From assembly GCA_002842985.1 (NCBI GenBank), contig PHEQ01000009.1, positions 43,635-107,634 on the forward strand: DNA of 64,000 nucleotides, read 5' to 3'. Positions 58,250-64,000 of this stretch are shown piece after piece. Both the position numbers and the translations under genes were made by a program. The first letter of the stretch is position 1; each line of letters starts with the position of its first letter. The notes under the pieces are model-generated. The model did not search any database and had not been told where the DNA came from. It saw only the letters and a program-made list of their open reading frames with translations. The DNA is from Alphaproteobacteria bacterium HGW-Alphaproteobacteria-1. Its GTDB lineage: Bacteria; Pseudomonadota; Alphaproteobacteria; Rhodobacterales; Rhodobacteraceae.

Positions 58250-59236
58250 ATGAGCCTTGGACAGCGAATCGCCTGGGATGACTCGGTGCTGCCGTTTCAG
58301 CTTGACCATGCCGACATAAGAGGCCGGGTTGCGCGGCTCGACGGTGTGCTGGACGCGATCCTTGCACAGCATCACTACCCGGCCCCGGTAGAGGCGCTGG
58401 TTGCCGAAATGGCGCTTCTGACGGCGCTGATCGGCCAGACGGTGAAGCTGCGCTGGAAGCTGTCGCTTCAGGTCCAGACCAGGGGCGCGGTGCGCATGAT
58501 CGCCACCGATTATTTCGCCCCCGAATCGGAGGGCGAACCGGCGAGGATGCGTGCCTATGCCGGGTTCGACGCGGACCGTTTGCGCCATGCACGGCCTTTC
58601 GATCAACTGGGCGAGGGATATTTCGCCGTTCTCATAGATCAGGGGGCAGGCACGACCCCCTATCAGGGGATCACGCCGTTGGCCGGGGACGCGCTTCACC
58701 GATGCGCCGAGGCGTATTTCGCCCAGTCAGAGCAGATCCCGACCAGGTTCGCGCTCAGTTTTGGCAAATCCAACATGCCCGGCGAGGCCCCGCATTGGCG
58801 CGCCGGTGGCGTGATGCTCCAGCACATGCCCAAGGCATCGCCCTTTGCTGCGGATGGCGGGTCGGGTGTGGGCGGCCTCCTTGAGGCGCGCGATCTGGTC
58901 GATGGTGACGACGCCGAGAACTGGGGGCGCGCCAATCTCCTGCTCGACACGGTCGAGGATCTCGAGATGATCGGTCCTTCGGTCTCGCCCACGGACCTTC
59001 TGGTTCGGCTTTTCCATGAGGAAGGTCCGCGTGTTTTCGAGATGCAGCCGGTCAGATTTGGCTGCACCTGCTCCGAGGCGCGCGTACGCAACAGCCTGTC
59101 GATCTATTCTGCACGCGACATCGCGCAGATGACCACCGAGGACGGAATCGTGACGGCGGATTGCCAGTTTTGCGGTGCGCATTACGCGCTTGATCCTGCC
59201 ACGCTCGGGTTTGATGCGGCAGGGGGGGGCGGGTGA
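58250..59236 (+). CDS. hslO: redox-regulated chaperone Hsp33
   Basis: C-terminal zinc centre CTCS ... CQFCG, and Hsp33 length and pattern. Confidence 0.9.
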   Translation: MSLGQRIAWDDSVLPFQLDHADIRGRVARLDGVLDAILAQHHYPAPVEALVAEMALLTALIGQTVKLRWKLSLQVQTRGAVRMIATDYFAPESEGEPARMRAYAGFDADRLRHARPFDQLGEGYFAVLIDQGAGTTPYQGITPLAGDALHRCAEAYFAQSEQIPTRFALSFGKSNMPGEAPHWRAGGVMLQHMPKASPFAADGGSGVGGLLEARDLVDGDDAENWGRANLLLDTVEDLEMIGPSVSPTDLLVRLFHEEGPRVFEMQPVRFGCTCSEARVRNSLSIYSARDIAQMTTEDGIVTADCQFCGAHYALDPATLGFDAAGGGG

Positions 59237-59838
59237 GCAGCGCTGATCCGCTTGCGCCGATCCTCGCCGCGCTCGAGCACGGGTTCGGCGGCACGTCGGA
59301 TTATGACCTCAATCCCGATGTCGTGCTTGCGCCGGGGCGCAATCTGCGGCCGGCCGGCGTGCTTGTCACTGTTCTGGGGCAGGGACCGGAGACGCGCGTG
59401 GTCCTCACCAAGCGGTCCTCCGCCCTCCGGCATCATCCCGGCCAGATCGCCTTTCCCGGTGGCAAGCAGGACGCGAGCGATCCGGATATCCGCGCCACTG
59501 CCCTGCGCGAAGCGCGTGAGGAGATCGGACTCGATCCCGGTACCGTCGAGATCCTCTGTCATCTGCCTCGTCACGAGACGGTCACGGGCTTTGACGTGAC
59601 CCCGGTTCTGGCGCGCGTCCACGCGCCCTTCGCGCCGCTTCCCGATCGCGGAGAGGTGGCCGAGGTGTTTGACGTGCCGCTCGCACATCTGATGGATTTA
59701 GGCATGTACAGGGTCGAAAAACGGCGCTGGAAGGGGGATTGGCGCCGATATTATGCCGTCCCGTTCGGCCCCTATTACATCTGGGGTGCGACGGCGCGAA
59801 TCCTGCGGATGATGGCCGTGATGGCGGGACGGTCATGA
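59233..59838 (+). CDS. nudL: CoA pyrophosphatase (NUDIX, NudL-like)
   Basis: Nudix box FPGGKQDASDPDIRATALREAREEIGL with the upstream LTKRS motif of CoA-pyrophosphatases. The GTG start overlaps the hslO stop (GTGA). Confidence 0.8.
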   Translation: MSSADPLAPILAALEHGFGGTSDYDLNPDVVLAPGRNLRPAGVLVTVLGQGPETRVVLTKRSSALRHHPGQIAFPGGKQDASDPDIRATALREAREEIGLDPGTVEILCHLPRHETVTGFDVTPVLARVHAPFAPLPDRGEVAEVFDVPLAHLMDLGMYRVEKRRWKGDWRRYYAVPFGPYYIWGATARILRMMAVMAGRS

Positions 59839-60980
59839 GGATCACCGGCGACTGGATCACCCGCCCCGAGACGCGCGCGGTCTGCGATGCGCTTACGGGG
59901 GCGGGGCATCAGGCGCTGTTCGTTGGCGGCTGTGTGCGCAATGCGCTTCTCGGCGCACCGGTCAGCGATATCGACATCGCCACCGATGCGCGTCCCGACG
60001 ACGTGGTGAATATTGTCGGGCGCGCTGGGCTGAAGCCCGTTCCGACCGGCATCGACCATGGCACAATCACTGTTGTATCTGGCGGTGTCCCGCATGAGAT
60101 AACCAGCTTTCGCGCCGATATAGAGACTGATGGGCGCCGCGCACGGGTTGCGTTCGGGGCCGATATCGCCGCCGATGCGCGGCGGCGCGATTTCACCATG
60201 AATGCGCTTTATGCCCGCGCCGATGGCACAGTGATCGACCCCTTGGGCGGGATGGCGGATCTCACCGCGCGCCGGGTGCGCTTTATCGAGGACCCGGAGC
60301 GTCGCATCCGAGAGGATTACCTCCGCATCCTGCGCTTCTTCCGGTTCCATGCCTGGTATGGCGATCCCGAGGCTGGGCTCGACCCTGATGGCTATGCCGC
60401 CTGCGCCGCCTTGCAGACGGGGATTGGAGCGCTGTCACGCGAACGCATCGGGACCGAGATGCGCAAGCTTCTGGCCGCCCCCGATCCCGCACCCGCGCTG
60501 GCCGCGATGCAGGCTGCGGGGATTTTGCAGACCGTGCTGCCGGGGGCGGCGGCGGCGGCAATGGCGCTCCTGGTGCATCTGGAATCAGAGACTGATATCG
60601 CCCGAAACGTCATACGGCGGCTTGCCCTTCTGGGCGGCGAGGGGGTGACCGAACGCTTGCGATTGTCGCGGGCCGAGGCGCGCAGGCTTGACGCGCTGCG
60701 CCGCGGGCTTGCCGAGGACATGCCCGCCGCCGAACTTGGCTATCGTCACGGGCCGGACACGGGCGCGGATATCCTGCTTTTGCGTGGCGCGCTCACCGGC
60801 ACCGCCCCCGATCCAAAGGCATGGCAGGACCTCCGGAAAGGGGCCGAGGCCGTTTTCCCGGTCAAGCCCGCCGACCTCTTGCCTTCCCTCAGCGGCCCCG
60901 CCCTTGGAGAACGCCTGCGCGCGCTCGAGGCGCGCTGGATCGCCTCGGGCTTTACTCTCCGGCGTGAGGACCTCCTGTAA
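59835..60980 (+). CDS. cca: CCA tRNA nucleotidyltransferase
   Basis: GGCVRNALLG ... DIDIAT polymerase-beta nucleotidyltransferase motif and RRDFT. ATGA overlap with nudL. Confidence 0.85.
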   Translation: MRITGDWITRPETRAVCDALTGAGHQALFVGGCVRNALLGAPVSDIDIATDARPDDVVNIVGRAGLKPVPTGIDHGTITVVSGGVPHEITSFRADIETDGRRARVAFGADIAADARRRDFTMNALYARADGTVIDPLGGMADLTARRVRFIEDPERRIREDYLRILRFFRFHAWYGDPEAGLDPDGYAACAALQTGIGALSRERIGTEMRKLLAAPDPAPALAAMQAAGILQTVLPGAAAAAMALLVHLESETDIARNVIRRLALLGGEGVTERLRLSRAEARRLDALRRGLAEDMPAAELGYRHGPDTGADILLLRGALTGTAPDPKAWQDLRKGAEAVFPVKPADLLPSLSGPALGERLRALEARWIASGFTLRREDLL

Positions 60981-61040
60981 ACACACCTTACATTGAAGAG
61001 GCCATCTTCACGCCTCTGGCCCGATCATGCCGCGACCGGG

Positions 61041-61850
61041 TCAGTCGCGGGAGCCGGATCCTGCGGATTGGCGCGCGCGCTCTTCACGGATCAGATCTTC
61101 CAGCGCGGCAAGCCGCATCAGCACCTCGTCGCGATAGCTGTCGGTCTTTGCGGTGTCCTCGGCGTGGTGGGCATCCTGCATCGAATTGACGATGAGACCG
61201 ACAAGAAGGTTCACCACTGCGAATGTGGTGACCATGATGAAGGGGACAAAGAAGGCCCAGGCCTGAGGATAGATTTCCATCACGGGGCGCACGATGCCCA
61301 TGGACCAGGATTCCAGCGTCATGATCTGAAAGAGCGAATAGGCGCTGCGCCCGAGGTCGCCGAACCAGTCGGGAAAGGCCGCACCGAAGAGCTTGGTCGC
61401 CATGACCGAACCGATGTAGAAGATCATCCCCATCAGCAGAAAGACCGATCCCATCCCCGGCAATGCGCTCACCAGCCCCTCGACCACCCGGCGCAGCGAG
61501 GGCGCAACCGAGACGACCCGCAACAGCCGCAAGATGCGCAGCGCGCGCAGCACGGCAAGGCCCTGCGTGGCGGGAAGAAGCGAAATGCCGACAATCACGA
61601 AATCGAAGATGTTCCAGCCGCGCTTGAAAAATCCGACAATCCCGCGCGCATAGAGCTTGGCCGCGATCTCGACAACGAAGACCGACAAACAGAACCGGTC
61701 AAGCGCGATGATGAGCGGGCCAGCCCGCTCCATGATCGGCGCAGAGGTCTCCATTCCCAGAATCACCGCATTGAAGAGGATGATCGCCAGGATGGTGTTC
61801 TGGAAAAGCGTCGTGTCGAGAAACGCGCCGACGCGGCTGCGAAATGTCAT
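61041..61850 (-). CDS. bacterial voltage-gated sodium channel (BacNaV / NaChBac family)
   Basis: Six-TM layout, an S4 helix with Arg at every third position (RALRILRLLRVV), selectivity filter TLESWSMG and a C-terminal coiled coil. Confidence 0.85.
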   Translation of the reverse strand: MTFRSRVGAFLDTTLFQNTILAIILFNAVILGMETSAPIMERAGPLIIALDRFCLSVFVVEIAAKLYARGIVGFFKRGWNIFDFVIVGISLLPATQGLAVLRALRILRLLRVVSVAPSLRRVVEGLVSALPGMGSVFLLMGMIFYIGSVMATKLFGAAFPDWFGDLGRSAYSLFQIMTLESWSMGIVRPVMEIYPQAWAFFVPFIMVTTFAVVNLLVGLIVNSMQDAHHAEDTAKTDSYRDEVLMRLAALEDLIREERARQSAGSGSRD

Positions 61851-61922
61851 GTCCTGCCCGTTCTGACCATGGTGCGACCGCGTTTCATATGGGCGTGGAT
61901 GTGGTGGCCCGCAAGCGGCGAT

Positions 61923-62309
61923 TCAGCCCTGTGCCCGCGCCAGCATCCGGCCCAGCATCCGCCCGCCGAGAATGTGCAGGTGGAAATGCGGCACCTCCTG
62001 CACGCCGGCCTCTCCGGCGTTGGAGATGGCGCGGAACCCGCCGCCGCCCGCGCCGGGGGTCACGCCCGTGAGGCGGCAGATTTCGGCCACGGCGCGGTTG
62101 AAATCGACGATCTCGGCCTCGCTCGCCTCGGCGGCGAAATGCGCATAATCCACGTAAGGCCCCTTGGGGATCACCAGCACATGCACCGGGGCCTGTGGCT
62201 GGATATCCTCGAATGCAAGGGTGTGTTCGGTGTCGAGCACGGTCTTGTTGGGGATCTCGCCGCGCAGGATTTTGGCGAAGATGTTCTGGTCGTCATAGCT
62301 GTAGGGCAT
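61923..62309 (-). CDS. HIT-family (histidine triad) protein
   Basis: HFHLHILGG histidine triad; 128 aa. Confidence 0.85.
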   Translation of the reverse strand: MPYSYDDQNIFAKILRGEIPNKTVLDTEHTLAFEDIQPQAPVHVLVIPKGPYVDYAHFAAEASEAEIVDFNRAVAEICRLTGVTPGAGGGGFRAISNAGEAGVQEVPHFHLHILGGRMLGRMLARAQG

Positions 62310-62318
62310 GATCGCTCC

Positions 62319-63896
62319 TCAATCGGCAAAGAGATGGTCCATTTTCGCGATGTCCTGCGCTTTTTCGGCTGGAATATCAAGAAACCGCGCCAGAAGATCG
62401 GGATATTGCTCTCGCGCGTCGCTCTCTCGAAGGATCAGGTGGTTCTCGAACTCGGCATCGCGGATACGGTCGCATTCATGGGTGATATCGCCGCGGATCG
62501 TCGGCAGAAGCCGCGCAAGCGTGTCCTGCGGGGTCTGTTCGCCCGCCAGCCCGACACGCTTGGCGTGACCGATAAGATAATCATCCGTGAAGGTGCACTG
62601 AACCTCCAGCAGCTTGGTCTTGGCGCGGTCGCGGCAAAAGTCTTCGAGCAGGTCCATGTTGCCAGGGTCCATGCAGACGATCAGGCGGTCGGTCTCATAA
62701 TAGTCATAAAGCATCCGCATCAGCGCGCGGCGATGGCGGGTGCGCTTGGCCAGCGTGGCCTGAAGCCCGCCCAGATCCGGGAGCGCGGTCGATTCCTCGT
62801 TGAAGAGGTATTCGATGGCGGGCAGGTTGGTCACCTGACGGATGCGCGCCAGAAGCCGCTTGGCAACATGCCATTTCTTGCACACCACGATCATCAACTC
62901 ACGCTCGCGCCCCAGCGTGCTCTCGGCCTCCCAGAAGCGGCGGGCAAAGCGACGCCCCTCGCGCCCGCGCGCGGTGAGAAACTTGAACAGGCTGCGCCCC
63001 TCGTTCGAGATGTTGAACGTGGCGTCCGCGTTGTTGTAAAGCGCACCGAGGCGGCGCTTGAGCTCCAGCGCCTCGGGGCTGATCTTGCGCGCGAATAGGT
63101 AATCCTGATTGAGCAGCATGTCATAGTGATCGTTGTAGAAGGTCACCGGCATCCCGTAATCGGTGAACATCAGAAAGGTCAGCGTGCGCGTCTCGATCTC
63201 GGCATCGGGCACGAGATGGCGCACAAGCGTTTGAAAGAAGGTCTCGTCGGGGATCCAGGTGGTGCGGAAAAACCGCATCACATCGCGACGTTTCCGGGTG
63301 AAATCGACGATCCATTCCACCGTGCGGCGGCGCAGGCACCACCATTGACTGCCAATCTGAACCTGGATGTCATGGGGGATGTCACGCGTCAGGCGGAGCC
63401 GTTTCTGTAGCTCGAAAGAGGTATAGAAACGCCATTTCTGCGTGCGCTCGTTGAAGAAGTGGCGGTAGATGAGCCGCTCTTCCTTCATGCCGGTCTTGAT
63501 CCAGTCGCTGTCGAAATAGTCGAAGCTCTCGACGTAGTCGACATCGCGGTTGTCCAGAAACTCATGCGCGAAGCGGGCCGATTTGATCGGCGCGCAATCG
63601 CCCGAGAGCATGTAGAAATGCGTGGCGCGCGGAAATGCGTCAAGCGCCGCCTCCACCGCGTAAAGCGTCGCCTGCACAAGCGACCACTCGCCCCAGCCGC
63701 ACTTGATCCGCTTCCTGGCAAAGACCACGTTGGGATTGTCGCCCAATTCGTTGCGGATGGCGGAAAAGGCTGCGGGCTTGGCGCGCGCGTCGAAATGGAT
63801 GGAGATGTAATCGCCCGCCTCGGTCAGCATCCGCGCCTGACGGATGATGGCCTCGGGGTCCTTATGGCAGAGCAGGATGAAGGCGATTTTGGCCAT
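62319..63896 (-). CDS. GT14 (core-2/I-branching)-like glycosyltransferase with a large C-terminal domain of unknown function
   Basis: The N-terminal ~270 aa show IAFILLCHKDPE, WGEWSLVQATL, YMLSGDCAPI and GSQWWCL, typical of Branch/GT14 enzymes. About 250 further aa are not recognised. The ATG at 63896 was chosen. Confidence 0.65.
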   Translation of the reverse strand: MAKIAFILLCHKDPEAIIRQARMLTEAGDYISIHFDARAKPAAFSAIRNELGDNPNVVFARKRIKCGWGEWSLVQATLYAVEAALDAFPRATHFYMLSGDCAPIKSARFAHEFLDNRDVDYVESFDYFDSDWIKTGMKEERLIYRHFFNERTQKWRFYTSFELQKRLRLTRDIPHDIQVQIGSQWWCLRRRTVEWIVDFTRKRRDVMRFFRTTWIPDETFFQTLVRHLVPDAEIETRTLTFLMFTDYGMPVTFYNDHYDMLLNQDYLFARKISPEALELKRRLGALYNNADATFNISNEGRSLFKFLTARGREGRRFARRFWEAESTLGRERELMIVVCKKWHVAKRLLARIRQVTNLPAIEYLFNEESTALPDLGGLQATLAKRTRHRRALMRMLYDYYETDRLIVCMDPGNMDLLEDFCRDRAKTKLLEVQCTFTDDYLIGHAKRVGLAGEQTPQDTLARLLPTIRGDITHECDRIRDAEFENHLILRESDAREQYPDLLARFLDIPAEKAQDIAKMDHLFAD

Positions 63897-64000
63897 ATCG
63901 GAAACGGTTTGCCTGTTTACTCGGTGATTGTTTATATCCTTAACCATCAAGGGCGGCTTAATAAACACGCTTTCTTTGATTATTTGAACGGGTTAGACAG

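Noticed and set aside
59222-59229. G8 homopolymer just before the hslO stop / nudL start as a phase-variation switch
   Set aside because: Other G7-G8 runs occur inside ordinary genes in this window (for example near 49335 and 28904), so the tract is not exceptional here. There is no evidence of variation from a single sequence.
60993-63098. 701-aa ORF on the plus strand
   Set aside because: It is antisense to the BacNaV, HIT and GT14-like genes and is low in complexity.
1-64000. Search by eye for rRNA, tRNA, tmRNA, CRISPR arrays, prophage or integrase genes, toxin-antitoxin pairs and known defence genes
   Set aside because: None was recognised. Intergenic regions are short, and the only mobile-element trace is the IS3 relic at about 53.25-53.43 kb. 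A covariance-model scan (tRNAscan, Rfam) would be needed to exclude small RNAs.

Overview
High-GC (roughly mid-60s %) and densely coding. Gene content and order look like an alphaproteobacterial chromosome, Rhodobacterales-like; this taxon call is inferred from protein motifs and synteny only. I support about 70 CDS, one decayed gene, one insertion-sequence relic and a few hairpins. I saw no rRNA, tRNA, CRISPR array, prophage or recognisable defence island. Most of the window is core housekeeping: hflKC, gor, atpIBEF'F, ffh-rpsP-rimM-trmD-rplS-rpmE, rnc-lepB, acpS, pdxJ, spoT-rpoZ-folK, maf-rng-infA, argG/ilvA and hslO-nudL-cca. A 16-kb purine-to-glyoxylate catabolic supercluster lies at 16.6-32.6 kb: guaD, xdhABC, two permeases, three LysR regulators, ureidoglycine aminohydrolase, allA, puuE-uraD, uraH and puuD. 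I did not find a clear-cut novel multi-gene system. The best candidates for undescribed biology are small modules: (1) at 51.6-53.4 kb, a membrane-tethered OmpR-type winged-helix protein with inverted topology, a small secreted partner and a divergent Arg/Gly/Tyr/His-rich protein, next to an IS3 relic; (2) at 36.1-38.7 kb, an alpha/beta-hydrolase fused to a polytopic membrane domain and translationally coupled to acpS, with a 2OG oxygenase, inserted into the conserved pdxJ-acpS cluster; (3) an orphan Hpt plus REC-PP2C pair; (4) an orphan non-pyrrolysine MttB-family methyltransferase; (5) a membrane-anchored M48-like protein that has lost its HExxH motif. All functional calls rest on motif and pattern recognition by eye. 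No database search was run.
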